The notes: a model not told the origin generated them from the sequence alone. DNA of 62,342 nt from Desulfuromonadaceae bacterium (GCA_012512925.1 JAAZDE010000131.1:1-62342); one strand, 5' to 3'; positions 9,430-21,005 are shown, counted from the stretch's first letter. Program-made: numbers and translations.

Positions 9430-9802
9430 GACCGCCTTTCTTTTCCCTTATTCATGGGCAGGGCCATTACAAGCCGCACATCTGCCCGTCATAGTTCCTT
9501 CCCCGAATTTCAAGAATTCGCGACGTGAACAGCTTCGCCGGGTTGACCAGATTCTATCAGTCCCGGCTTTTTTAGGAAGGGTGCTTTTTCTCAAAGCGGA
9601 TCGGAAAAATACGGCCTTCTCCGAATTTATCCGATCCGAAAACCGCTCTCATTTCTTTTCCAGGATTTCCGAGTTCCGTTCCTGAAAAACTCCCGGCAGA
9701 AGTCCTGAGATGGGGAAACTGGCTTTTAAGCCGGACACTCCCCTTTTTTCCCTCACCGCCTTCTGTCATAATGCACCGGGTTTGATTCGGAAAGGAGTGT
9801 CC

Positions 9803-11680
<1,878 letters not shown>

Positions 11681-11731
11681 AAATGGGCCGACCCTGACCT
11701 TGGGAGCAAATGGCGATCCTTGCCCACTCCG

Positions 11732-12607
11732 TCAATCCAGGGCATCGGTCATCCTCAGCACCTCCTCGCGGGAGAAGGTATAGATCTCTTTGCAAAACTC
11801 ACAGGTCACCGAAGCGCCCCCTTCTTCCTCGCCGAGGCGGCGCAGTTCTTCCTTCCCCAGGGAGAGAAGAACACTGCGGATCCGCTGCCGATGGCAGCCG
11901 CAATGGAAACAGAGATCGATCCGCTGCTCGATGCGGAAGGGTACTTCTCTGAATACCTCCGCCAGAATCCCCTCGGGAGTCAGCTTTTGCTTCAACAACG
12001 AAGTCAGGGGGGGGACTTCGCGAAGGCGGCGCTCGACCAGGGCGATCGTCTCCTCGTCGCCATCGGGAAGGGCCTGGATCAGAAATCCTCCGGCGGCGGC
12101 CACCTCCCCTTGCTCTCCCAGGCAGACCCCCAGAGACACACTGGACGGCGTCTGCTCCGACACGGTAAAGTAATAGGCCAGATCCTCGCCGATCTCGCCG
12201 GTTTGCAGACGAACCGAACCGCGATAAGACTCTTTGAGTCCCAGATCTTTGATGACATGGAGAAATCCGCTTTTGCCCACGGCATTGGCGACGGTATAAT
12301 CGGTCAACGTGGGGAGAAGACCACTTATGGGGCATTTTATGGAAGCCCGCACCCGACCGCCGGCATCGGTTTCGGCGAACAGGCGCCGCAAAGGCCCATC
12401 TCCCTCGATGAGCAGCGCCAACCGCTGTTCCCCCTTGAGAGTTCCGCCGCACAGGGCGGCGCCCGTCACCAGGCGGCCGAGGGCCACGGTGGCGACAGGA
12501 TCGGCGCCGTGGCGGCGACGGCTTTCCTCCGCCAGCAGGGTGGTGCGGACGGCGATGGCGCGCAGAGAGCCGTCTCGGGTCAAAATTTTGGCCAGGTAAT
12601 CTTTCAT
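11732..12607 (-). CDS. hslO: Hsp33 family redox-regulated chaperone
   Basis: ATG at 12605-12607 (MKDYLAKILTRDGSLRAI...). The C-terminal zinc centre reads CFHCGC...CEFCKEIY. Confidence 0.9.
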   Translation of the reverse strand: MKDYLAKILTRDGSLRAIAVRTTLLAEESRRRHGADPVATVALGRLVTGAALCGGTLKGEQRLALLIEGDGPLRRLFAETDAGGRVRASIKCPISGLLPTLTDYTVANAVGKSGFLHVIKDLGLKESYRGSVRLQTGEIGEDLAYYFTVSEQTPSSVSLGVCLGEQGEVAAAGGFLIQALPDGDEETIALVERRLREVPPLTSLLKQKLTPEGILAEVFREVPFRIEQRIDLCFHCGCHRQRIRSVLLSLGKEELRRLGEEEGGASVTCEFCKEIYTFSREEVLRMTDALD

Positions 12608-12791
12608 CGCCAGCCCCTTAATCGTTGTTTTTCGAATGTTGCGCCCATAAAAAAAAGTCCTCAAGATGATGGCCGGTAGTTTTTGGTTTTTGGGTGAAAA
12701 ATCAGCCACCCGTTTTTAGTTGTCTGAGTGTCTCTACAGCCGATGCTAGCCAAGCTATCGGGCTTTGGCAAGCCGTTAACCAGGAGGGATC

Positions 12792-13787
12792 ATGAAAATC
12801 ATTCTCCCCGTAGCCGGTAAAGGAACCAGACTTCGTCCCCACACCCATACCCGCGCCAAATCCCTGGTGCAGGTGGCGGGAAAAACCGTCCTCGAGCATA
12901 TCATCCACCGCTTGGTCGATCTCCGGGCCGAGAAAGTCATCTTCATCACCGATGAAAATGGCGCCCAGATCGAGGAGTTCATGAAACACCGCTTTCCCGA
13001 TATGAACTGTTCCTATACTACCCAGAAGGAACGCCTCGGACCCGCCCACGCGGTCTACATGGCCGCTTCCCTCATCGCTCCGGGGGACGATCTGCTGGTG
13101 GTCTTCAACGACACCATCTTTGTCACCGATCTCTCCAGAATCCCCGACCTCTGCCGGGATTGCGACGGTCTGATTTATTCCAAAACGGTGGAGGACTACC
13201 AGCGATTCGGCGTCAACGTCATCGCCGACGGCTTCATCGTCGACATGGTCGAAAAGCCGGAACAGCCGATCTCCCGCCTGGCCCAGGTCGGTCTCTACTA
13301 CCTGCGGGACGGTGTCGATTTCATGAACCGCATCGGCGAAGTGATCCGCGACAAGGAAACCGTCAAGGGGGAATACTTCCTGCCGTCGGTCTTCATGCGC
13401 ATGATCCGCGCGGGGAAAAAATTCCGCGCTCCGGAAATCGACGCCTGGCTCGACTGCGGCAAACCGGACACGCTGCTGGAGACCAACCGCTACCTGCTCC
13501 GGGGGCACAGCCACAACGAGGCGGAAATGATCGACTCGGTGGTCATCGAGCCGGTCCATATCGACAAGGGGACAGTCCTCCGCAACAGCATCGTCGGCCC
13601 CAATGCCTCGGTAGCTCCCAACTGCCACATCGAAGGAAGCATCATCCGCGACACCATCATCAACAGCGGCAGCCATCTGAAGGACGTCCTCCTGGAGCAG
13701 AGCCTGCTCGGCGAGAATGTCCGCCTGACCGGCCGCCATGCCAATCTCAACGTAGGGGATCACTCCCTGATCGATATCATGATGTAG
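12792..13787 (+). CDS. Sugar-phosphate nucleotidyltransferase with a C-terminal left-handed beta-helix
   Basis: The N-terminus MKIILPVAGKGTRLRPHT carries the GxGTRL motif. The C-terminus has hexapeptide-like repeats. A GGAGGG RBS lies upstream. Confidence 0.85.
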   Translation: MKIILPVAGKGTRLRPHTHTRAKSLVQVAGKTVLEHIIHRLVDLRAEKVIFITDENGAQIEEFMKHRFPDMNCSYTTQKERLGPAHAVYMAASLIAPGDDLLVVFNDTIFVTDLSRIPDLCRDCDGLIYSKTVEDYQRFGVNVIADGFIVDMVEKPEQPISRLAQVGLYYLRDGVDFMNRIGEVIRDKETVKGEYFLPSVFMRMIRAGKKFRAPEIDAWLDCGKPDTLLETNRYLLRGHSHNEAEMIDSVVIEPVHIDKGTVLRNSIVGPNASVAPNCHIEGSIIRDTIINSGSHLKDVLLEQSLLGENVRLTGRHANLNVGDHSLIDIMM

Positions 13788-13804
13788 CCCCGCCGGCTCA
13801 TCCA

Positions 13805-14539
13805 ATGCAGATGCCCAAAGACACCATTTTTTCTCTGGAAAAGAAACCGCTGCCCCCTTTTGAATTCAATGAACAGGTGGTGCGGGTCTTCGACGACATG
13901 ATCGAGCGGTCGGTTCCCCTCTACCGGGAAACCCTCCGTCGCCAGGCGGAGCTGGCGACCTATTTCTATCAGCAAGGGTCGCGGATTTACGATCTCGGCT
14001 GCTCCAACGGCAATTTCGGCATGGTTCTGCTCCAATCCATGGGGGCGCGGTCCTTTGAGATGTGTGCCATCGACAATTCGGCGCCGATGATCGACGCCTA
14101 CCGGAAACGTCTCGCCCCCCTCAGGGGGGGGGAACGCATCCGCCCGCTGGAGGCGGACATCCAGAAGGTCGTCCTGGAGAACCCTTCGGTGGTGATCCTC
14201 AACCTGACCCTGCAATTCCTTCCACCTCAGGAACGGGACGCCCTCATGGGGAAAATCCACTCCGCCCTGAGTTCCGGGGGGGTCCTCCTGATGACCGAGA
14301 AGATCATTCACGGCGCCGCTGAACTGTCCAGCCTTCAGCAACGGTTCTATTACGACTTCAAACGGGAGAATGGCTATTCGGAGTTGGAAATCAGCCAGAA
14401 AAGGGAGGCTCTGGAAAACGTTCTCATCCCGGAAACGGTAGAAGATCATTGCGACCGCCTGAGAAGGGTCGGCTTCCGAAAGATCGACCTCTGGCTCAAA
14501 TGGTTCAACTTCGCCTCTTTTCTGGCTGTCAAAGGATAA
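13805..14539 (+). CDS. cmoA: Carboxy-S-adenosyl-L-methionine synthase
   Basis: The protein begins MQMPKDTIFS...FNEQVVRVFDDMIERSVPLY and contains DLGCSNG. The length and motifs fit CmoA. The ORF-track extension back to 13160 is an Arg-rich out-of-frame shadow of the upstream gene. Confidence 0.9.
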   Translation: MQMPKDTIFSLEKKPLPPFEFNEQVVRVFDDMIERSVPLYRETLRRQAELATYFYQQGSRIYDLGCSNGNFGMVLLQSMGARSFEMCAIDNSAPMIDAYRKRLAPLRGGERIRPLEADIQKVVLENPSVVILNLTLQFLPPQERDALMGKIHSALSSGGVLLMTEKIIHGAAELSSLQQRFYYDFKRENGYSELEISQKREALENVLIPETVEDHCDRLRRVGFRKIDLWLKWFNFASFLAVKG

Positions 14540-14544
14540 AGGCC

Positions 14545-15516
14545 ATGAAAAGCATCCTCCACGATGCCGAGCGACTCGGCCTGCTTGCCCATGCCGAAAA
14601 CCTGGGCCCCTTGCTTGATCGCAAGGAAGAGGAAATACACCACCGCGACCGCAAGGGGAAACGATACCTCGAGATTCTCGCCGCCCTGCCCGAGGTCAAG
14701 CCGTCTTCCTGTGATCTCGACCAGGATCAGATCCGCATCGGCGAAAAAAACGATCTCACCGAAGAGCAGCATCAATCTCTGACGACGGCGCTGCGCCAGT
14801 GCATGCCATGGCGCAAGGGGCCATTCCGACTTTTTGGTGTCGATATCAACAGCGAATGGGTTTCCTGGCTGAAATGGGACCGCCTCAAGAACCACATCCA
14901 ACCCCTTCAGGGGCGCAGGATTCTCGATATCGGCAGCAGCAACGGCTACTACATGTTCCGCATGGCCGCCGCCAATCCGGCCATGATCCTGGGGCTCGAG
15001 CCCTATCTGACCTTCTTTTTCCAACATTGCCTGCTGAACCGCTACGCGGCCCTTTCGGACCATTACTGCCTTCCCGTCAAACTGGACGAATTACCGCTCC
15101 TGGAGGGTTTCTTCGACACCATCTTCTGCATGGGGGTCCTCTATCATCACCGCTCCCCCCACGATGGCCTCAGCCGAATCCGCGCCATGCTCCGCTCCGA
15201 TGGGGAACTGGTACTTGAAACCTTGATCATGCCGGGCCAGGAGGAAATCGCCCTCTCTCCCCGGGACCGCTACGGCAAAATGAGCAACGTCTATTTCATC
15301 CCCACCGTCCCCTGCCTGAAAAACTGGCTGCGGCACGCCGGCTTCCGCAGCCTCCGCTGCATCGACATCACCCCCACCACCCTTATGGAACAGCGCCGTA
15401 CCGACTGGGTTGATACCGAATCCCTCGATGATTTTCTCGACCCTCGCGATCGTCTTCGCACCGTGGAAGGATATCCGGCCCCGGTACGGGCCATCCTCCT
15501 GGCCAACAAACGTTGA
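14545..15516 (+). CDS. cmoB: tRNA U34 carboxymethyltransferase
   Basis: ATG at 14545 lies 6 nt after the cmoA stop. Motifs are PWRKGPF, ILDIGSSNGYY and the C-terminal GYPAPVRAILLA. Confidence 0.9.
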   Translation: MKSILHDAERLGLLAHAENLGPLLDRKEEEIHHRDRKGKRYLEILAALPEVKPSSCDLDQDQIRIGEKNDLTEEQHQSLTTALRQCMPWRKGPFRLFGVDINSEWVSWLKWDRLKNHIQPLQGRRILDIGSSNGYYMFRMAAANPAMILGLEPYLTFFFQHCLLNRYAALSDHYCLPVKLDELPLLEGFFDTIFCMGVLYHHRSPHDGLSRIRAMLRSDGELVLETLIMPGQEEIALSPRDRYGKMSNVYFIPTVPCLKNWLRHAGFRSLRCIDITPTTLMEQRRTDWVDTESLDDFLDPRDRLRTVEGYPAPVRAILLANKR

Positions 15517-15828
15517 CAGGCATGTTTTCCGACCTTCGAAACATCCTGCATTGGCTATTCTTTGCTACAATCATTTGAGCTCGAATTATTTTTGTTTGAT
15601 TTTTCTCCAACCTGAGTTATTCTTCTAGAATGAACCTGTCGCGGAATCGCGACAGTCAAACCCGCAAGATTTCATCCTCTGCCGCTTTTTTATGCGCACA
15701 CTCCCGCAGTAACCGTTTTACCGGCGACTCCTTTTATTTTTCTCCGTTGAAAGTAAAAACTTGGATTCGCTGTCAACGGGCCGGGCCGATCCCTCTTATA
15801 AATCCGGAAACCCGACAGGAGGCAAAAG

Positions 15829-17193
15829 ATGACTACCAAAAACCTCAATCCTCGAAGTATCTTTTCCCAGAAGGAAAAAGAATTCCGCGTCTATTCCGCG
15901 GCGACGATGGATTTGATCGAACCCCTGAAAAGGCTGCCCCAGGCAGACCGCTTCGCAATGAAGGTGGTGGCCGCGGTGCTTCCCTTCCGGGTCAACCGGT
16001 TCGTCATCGATGAACTGATCGACTGGCAACGGGTCCCCGATGATCCGATCTTCCAGTTGACTTTCCCCCAAAAAGAAATGCTGGAACCGGAAGATTTCCA
16101 AACCATGTCCGCCCTGGTGAAAAACAATGCCGATGACAAGACCATCAGGGCGGCCGCCACCCGCATCCATGAGAAACTGAATCTCCACCCGGCCGATCAG
16201 ACCACCCTCAACGTGCCGCAACTTGATGGCATGCCCTTGCCGGGGATGCAGCACAAATACGATCAGACCGTGCTTTTCTTCCCCAGCCTGGGGCAGACCT
16301 GCCACTCGTTCTGCACCTACTGCTTCCGCTGGCCCCAGTTCGTCGGCAACTCCACCCTCAAGTTCGCCGCCCAGGAAGCCGACCACCTGCTGAATTATTT
16401 GAAGCAGCAACCCCAGGTGACCGACATACTTGTCACCGGTGGCGATCCGATGGTGATGAAGACGGCCAACCTCGCCCGTATCCTCGAACCCCTGATGGCA
16501 CCCGAATTCGAACATATCGAAAATATTCGGATCGGTACCAAGGCCCTCTCCTTCTGGCCCTGGCGTTTCCTTAACGGCGGCGATGCGGACGATCTGATCC
16601 GTCTGCTGGAACGCCTGGTGCGAAGCGGCAAGCATGTGGCGATCATGGCCCACATGTCCCATGGGCAGGAACTTCTGCCGGCGCCGGTTCAGAAAGCCAT
16701 CAAACGCATTCAGGGCACCGGAGCCTTGATCCGCAGCCAGGCGCCGATCCTCGGCCACATCAACGACTCACCGGACGTCTGGGCCCAAATGTGGCAGCGG
16801 CAAGTGGCCCTCGGCATCATCCCCTACTACATGTTCGTGGCCCGCGACACCGGCAGCCGCCGCTATTTCGAAATCCCCCTGGTGAAAGCCCTCGATATCT
16901 ATCAGGGGGCCTACAAAAAGGTTTCCGGCCTGGGGCGCAAGGCCCGCGGCCCTTCCATGAGTTGCGGACCGGGCAAGATCGAAGTGCAGGGAGTGACGGA
17001 AATCAACGGAGAGAAGGCGCTGATTCTCCGTTTTCTGCAGGCCCGCAATGTCGAGTGGACCGACCGCCCATTCTTCGCCCGCTACGACACCGAAGCCTCC
17101 TGGCTGGATGATCTGCGCCCCGCCTTCGGCGACAAGCGTTTCTTTTTCGAAGAAGAATACGAACTCATGCGCAACGAGCCCATCGCCGTCTAA
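15829..17193 (+). CDS. KamA-family (lysine 2,3-aminomutase-like) radical SAM protein
   Basis: The CxxxCxxC cluster reads CHSFCTYC. The KamA-type N-terminus reads PFRVNRFVIDELIDW...DDPIFQLTFP. An AGGAGG RBS lies upstream. Confidence 0.9.
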   Translation: MTTKNLNPRSIFSQKEKEFRVYSAATMDLIEPLKRLPQADRFAMKVVAAVLPFRVNRFVIDELIDWQRVPDDPIFQLTFPQKEMLEPEDFQTMSALVKNNADDKTIRAAATRIHEKLNLHPADQTTLNVPQLDGMPLPGMQHKYDQTVLFFPSLGQTCHSFCTYCFRWPQFVGNSTLKFAAQEADHLLNYLKQQPQVTDILVTGGDPMVMKTANLARILEPLMAPEFEHIENIRIGTKALSFWPWRFLNGGDADDLIRLLERLVRSGKHVAIMAHMSHGQELLPAPVQKAIKRIQGTGALIRSQAPILGHINDSPDVWAQMWQRQVALGIIPYYMFVARDTGSRRYFEIPLVKALDIYQGAYKKVSGLGRKARGPSMSCGPGKIEVQGVTEINGEKALILRFLQARNVEWTDRPFFARYDTEASWLDDLRPAFGDKRFFFEEEYELMRNEPIAV

Positions 17194-17213
17194 CTCCTCC
17201 AGCGACAGTCACC

Positions 17214-17260
17214 AACGGGGCGGATGCCGAAATCAGGCGTCCGCCCCGTTCCCCGTTTTG
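17214..17260 (+). terminator. Rho-independent terminator after the KamA-like gene
   Basis: An 11-bp stem AACGGGGCGGA (17214-17224) pairs with TCCGCCCCGTT (17240-17250) and is followed by CCCCGTTTT. Confidence 0.6.
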
Positions 17261-17415
17261 GGCGCAGTTCACCTTCTCCCCCCTACCCCTTTCTCGCGAA
17301 CTCCTTCCATTTTCGAGGTAAAAAAAGCGGGTTTGCGATAAACTCCAGTCAAGGAACCAGTGTTGATCCACTCCGGTCGCCAAAAACAAGGACCGGTATC
17401 CCTGGGAGGGACCAC

Positions 17416-18042
17416 ATGGCCGTATATGTCGCCGATCATCCTCTGATCCGGCACAAACTGGGGTTGTTGCGAAAAAAAGATCTCAGCACCAAACATTTTC
17501 GCGAATTGGCGTCGGAACTCGCCCGGCTGCTCACTTACGAGGCGACCAAAGATGTGCCGACGGAAAAAGAGACCGTCGAGGGGTGGGCCGGGCCGGTGGA
17601 GGTGGAGGTCATCAAGGGTAAGAAGATCACCGTGGTTCCCATCCTGCGCGCCGGTCTCGGCATGCAGGATGGGGTGCTTGATCTGATCCCCAGCGCCAAA
17701 TTGAGCATCGTCGGCTTTTACCGGGACGAAAAAACCCTGAAACCGATCCGCTACTACGCCAAGTTGGCGGGGAACATTCACCAGCGAATGGCTCTCATAG
17801 TCGATCCGATGCTGGCCACGGGAGGTACCGTGAGAGCCACCATCGACCTTCTCAAGGAAGCAGGGTGCCGCGTCATCAAAGGGCTTTTCCTGGTGGCGGC
17901 GCCGGAGGGGATCCGCGCCGTGACCATTGCCCATCCCGATGTGGATATCCATGTAGCCGCCATCGATGAGCGCCTCAACGAGTCCGGCTACATCATTCCC
18001 GGCCTGGGAGATGCCGGGGACAAGATCTTCGGCACCAAATGA
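17416..18042 (+). CDS. upp: Uracil phosphoribosyltransferase
   Basis: ATG at 17416 ([22 protein letters not shown]). The PRPP loop reads [12 protein letters not shown] and the C-terminus reads [17 protein letters not shown]. Confidence 0.95.
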   Translation: MAVYVADHPLIRHKLGLLRKKDLSTKHFRELASELARLLTYEATKDVPTEKETVEGWAGPVEVEVIKGKKITVVPILRAGLGMQDGVLDLIPSAKLSIVGFYRDEKTLKPIRYYAKLAGNIHQRMALIVDPMLATGGTVRATIDLLKEAGCRVIKGLFLVAAPEGIRAVTIAHPDVDIHVAAIDERLNESGYIIPGLGDAGDKIFGTK

Positions 18043-18150
18043 CACCGCGCGTCCACCCGAAACTTTTTCTCCCCGCCCATGGTAAAACCGGGGGAAAAAG
18101 GGTAAGCGCTCCGCCCCGGAATGACCACCTGAAACACCTGGACCGATGAT

Positions 18151-19503
18151 ATGGAAAGGTTGATGATCCTCATTGGGTTGATAATGATTGCCGCCGGAGT
18201 TCTCCCGCAGGCGGCAGAGGGAGGGTCCGGCCAAAGGAGCAATATCATTTTCATGGTCCCCGACGGGATGGGTCTGGCCCAGGTCACCGCCGCCCGCATC
18301 TTCCGCAACGGACCTGACGGCCCTCCTCTGGCCATGGAAACCCTCGAGGTTATCGGCTGTCAGAGAACCCATTCCGCCGACAGCACGGTGACCGACTCGG
18401 CGGCTGCCGCCTCGGCCTGGGCCATGGGGGAAAAGTTCAACAACGGGGAGCTGTCCTGCCACAGCGGCGCAGATCCCTTCTGCCGCAACCAGCTTCCCAC
18501 CATCCTGGAGATGGCCAAAGCCCGCGGGAAAGCCACCGGACTGGTGGTCACCTCGCAGATCTCCGACGCCACCCCCGCGGCTTTCGCCGCCCATGTCCGC
18601 TCCCGCCGCTGCGAAGCCGAAATCGTTCGCCAATATCTCGAGGCAGCCGAGGTGGATGTCATCCTGGGGGGCGGTCTCGGTCAAAGAAGGGACTCCTGCC
18701 CCGACTACCCCATCTCCTTCGCCTGGCCCGACAGGCAGGCCGCCCTGCTCCGCTTGGCCAGGACCAAAGGCTACCAGACGGTCGCCGGGAAAGCCGCTCT
18801 GCACGCCACAATACGGGAAGGCAAGGTAAAGATTCTGGGAATGTTCGAACAGAACCGGCGCGACAAAGGGAAAACACCGGAAATGTTCCGCGTCGATGCC
18901 TCCCTCGGCTACCCCGAAGATGAACCCACCCTGGCGGAGATGACCACCGCCGCCCTTACCGTACTGGAAAAGGATGCGGATGGATTTTTTCTGCTGGTGG
19001 AAGGCTCTCGAATCGACTGGAGCAGCCACGCCAACGACCTCCGCGGCCAGATCGCCGAAACCCTGGCCTTCGACGAAGCGCTAAAAGTCGTTCTGGGGTG
19101 GGTGGCGGCCAAGCCGGGGAGGAAGGAGACGACCCTGATCATCGTCGCCCCTGACCATGAAACCGGCGGCCTCGCCATCAACGGTCCCGATGGAAGACTC
19201 GCACAAGCGGGGGAGTTCATCAAGGAGGGCTGGGCCGGCAGAGGACACAGTGCCACGGACACCATCATCCGCAGCCAGGGACCGGGGAGCGATCAGTTGG
19301 GTAAGGCGGTGGACAATACCGATATCTACCGGTCATGGCAGACGCCATTGGTTTTTGACGCGGGGAAATCGACCGTCTTCTCAGGCCGGCGGCCGTTGCG
19401 GCACATCGATGTTTCTTTTGTCGGGATCGCTCTGGGCGCGATAGAAAATGGCGATATGACCGACCATTCCAATCATCTCCGAGGCGGTTTCCTTTTCGAG
19501 TAG
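18151..19503 (+). CDS. Alkaline phosphatase family protein
   Basis: An N-terminal hydrophobic anchor is followed by the MVPDGMG metal site and the active-site TDSAAAASAW. The last roughly 55 codons look like read-through. They overlap yhbY on the opposite strand. Confidence 0.85.
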   Translation: MERLMILIGLIMIAAGVLPQAAEGGSGQRSNIIFMVPDGMGLAQVTAARIFRNGPDGPPLAMETLEVIGCQRTHSADSTVTDSAAAASAWAMGEKFNNGELSCHSGADPFCRNQLPTILEMAKARGKATGLVVTSQISDATPAAFAAHVRSRRCEAEIVRQYLEAAEVDVILGGGLGQRRDSCPDYPISFAWPDRQAALLRLARTKGYQTVAGKAALHATIREGKVKILGMFEQNRRDKGKTPEMFRVDASLGYPEDEPTLAEMTTAALTVLEKDADGFFLLVEGSRIDWSSHANDLRGQIAETLAFDEALKVVLGWVAAKPGRKETTLIIVAPDHETGGLAINGPDGRLAQAGEFIKEGWAGRGHSATDTIIRSQGPGSDQLGKAVDNTDIYRSWQTPLVFDAGKSTVFSGRRPLRHIDVSFVGIALGAIENGDMTDHSNHLRGGFLFE

Positions 19504-19701
19504 CTCAATGATTTCCCGTTTATGTTCCTTTTCCTTGAAATCATTGAACTTCACCTTGATCAATTCATGTTTTTCCAGAGCCTCGGCCAGCGCCTCGATG
19601 ACGGCGGGGGAACTCCCCTTGCCACCGATAAAAACCAGCGGCTTCATACCGTGAGCCAAGCCTTTCAGGTACTGCCGCTGGTATCCTTTAAGCCTTTCCA
19701 T
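19381..19701 (-). CDS. yhbY: YhbY/CRM-domain ribosome-assembly RNA-binding protein
   Basis: YLKGLAHGMKPLVFIGGKG...HELIKVKF closely parallels E. coli YhbY. Confidence 0.85.
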   Translation of the reverse strand: MERLKGYQRQYLKGLAHGMKPLVFIGGKGSSPAVIEALAEALEKHELIKVKFNDFKEKEHKREIIELLEKETASEMIGMVGHIAIFYRAQSDPDKRNIDVPQRPPA

Positions 19702-19757
19702 TTTTTTCGTCCCTTTGTTTTGTCAATTCATCCTTGGTTGGACTCTGCTGCCACCAT

Positions 19758-20849
19758 TCATCTCCGCCGACTGCCGGGCTGCCAACCCCGCGACGAATCG
19801 AGTCCTCCTCGGACCCCCTTGGCCCGAACGCTGGAATCTCCTCTCGACCTGTTGCGGGGATGAGAACGCTGCCGAAGGCTGGGTTTGGCTCGGATGGTGG
19901 GACTGGGCGAGACTTTTCGAGCATCCCTTATTGCAGGCCTGGCCAGGGGTTTGGGAGTCCGCAGAACGGGTGAAGCAGCGGCAGGGACTCTGGCTTTTCC
20001 CCGAAATTGTGCTGGTCCCCTGGCGGGCAAACGATGTCCCGATACTTTTGCACCGGCAGGCCGGCGCAGATTTCCCCTGTCGGGGTGAGCGTTATTTACT
20101 GCAGAAGCCGGCCGGACCGCCTTGGCGGGCGCCTCCTGCCTTCTCGGTGGCCGGGCTTTCATAACGCCGGCATCCCGAGGTGAAAGGGATCGGCCCGGAG
20201 GGTAAAAAGGGCTCCGATGGTGAGAAGCAGGCCGAACCACAGGGGAGGACCGAAACCTCGAAGACCGATTCATTCCACGAGCGGATCTCACTCTCGGGTG
20301 GAAATGAGGACTGCCCACATAGCGTTGTCCGTCATGGAAACGGGAACGATGGAAATGACCATGGCGGCTGGAGAAAACAAAACTGAAGAAGATCCGGTGG
20401 GGGTAGTGGTAGGGAGCGTAATAGACCCACGGATACCAGTAAAGATAAGGATCGCGATAGACATGAATTTGGCGGCTGGCGACTCTGGCGGCATAGGTGC
20501 TGGTGGTGCTGCTGCTGACCACGATCCAGGTCCCGTCCGCCTGGCGACAGGCCGTCCCGTTGTTGCGCTCTTCATCGCCGTTTATCAGGATGGTGGAGAT
20601 AAAGTCCCGGCAGGAGTTGCCATTTTCATTAACAAAACTCGCCAGGGGCGTCACCGCTCCGGAACTTCCGGTCTCCGGGATGGCCCAGGAACTCTCCTCC
20701 CCCTCCTTGTTCTGGTCGAGCGCATACTGCAGGGTCTCCATCATGGCCTGTTTTTCGGTGTCATCCAGACGATCGTAGAACTCCTGACCGAAAACAAAGG
20801 TTGGAGAAAAAAAGGCCAGGGTGATCAGTGTGATCAGGATTCGCTTCAT
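19758..20849 (-). CDS. Secreted protein with a surface-antigen-like domain, an aromatic-rich segment and a long basic Arg/Pro/Ser tail
   Basis: ATG at 20847-20849 follows GGGAGGA. The signal peptide is MKRILITLITLAFFSPTFVFG. The next domain carries CRDF...GTACRQADGTWIVV. The coding status of the last 200 or so codons is uncertain. Confidence 0.6.
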   Translation of the reverse strand: MKRILITLITLAFFSPTFVFGQEFYDRLDDTEKQAMMETLQYALDQNKEGEESSWAIPETGSSGAVTPLASFVNENGNSCRDFISTILINGDEERNNGTACRQADGTWIVVSSSTTSTYAARVASRQIHVYRDPYLYWYPWVYYAPYHYPHRIFFSFVFSSRHGHFHRSRFHDGQRYVGSPHFHPRVRSARGMNRSSRFRSSPVVRPASHHRSPFYPPGRSLSPRDAGVMKARPPRRQEAPAKAVRPASAVNNAHPDRGNLRRPAGAKVSGHRLPARGPAQFRGKARVPAAASPVLRTPKPLARPAIRDARKVSPSPTIRAKPSLRQRSHPRNRSRGDSSVRAKGVRGGLDSSRGWQPGSRRR

Positions 20850-21005
20850 GGTTTTTTTCCTCCCTTGGCAAATCGGCTTCATATACCGCCGCAACCAGAA
20901 ACAGTAGTTAAATGACGCATGCATCAAAAAGGTTACAAATTCAAGGGGGAAAAGTGTGCTCTGCAATCCCGTCGCAACAACCCCTGCCAAAACCCTGCGG
21001 AAAGG

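Noticed and set aside
13160-13804. 645-nt upstream extension of the cmoA reading frame (the track ORF 13160-14539)
   Set aside because: The extension is an Arg/Pro/His-rich out-of-frame read of the nucleotidyltransferase gene. CmoA homology begins only at the ATG at 13805.
12702-13805. 367-aa ORF antisense to the nucleotidyltransferase gene
   Set aside because: It is a mirror image of a well-supported gene. The translation is Asp/Val/Gly-rich shadow sequence, and no RBS or motif is present.
15551-15566. Sigma-54-like TTGGCT-N-TTTGCT upstream of the KamA-like gene
   Set aside because: The GG-to-GC spacing is one nucleotide short of the strict -24/-12 geometry, and the -24 box reads GGCTA rather than GGCAC.
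17269-19029. 586-aa ORF antisense across upp, the spacer and the alkaline phosphatase gene
   Set aside because: It spans two independently well-supported plus-strand genes. The composition is Gly/Ala/Arg-rich with no domain signature, so it is a GC-driven open frame.
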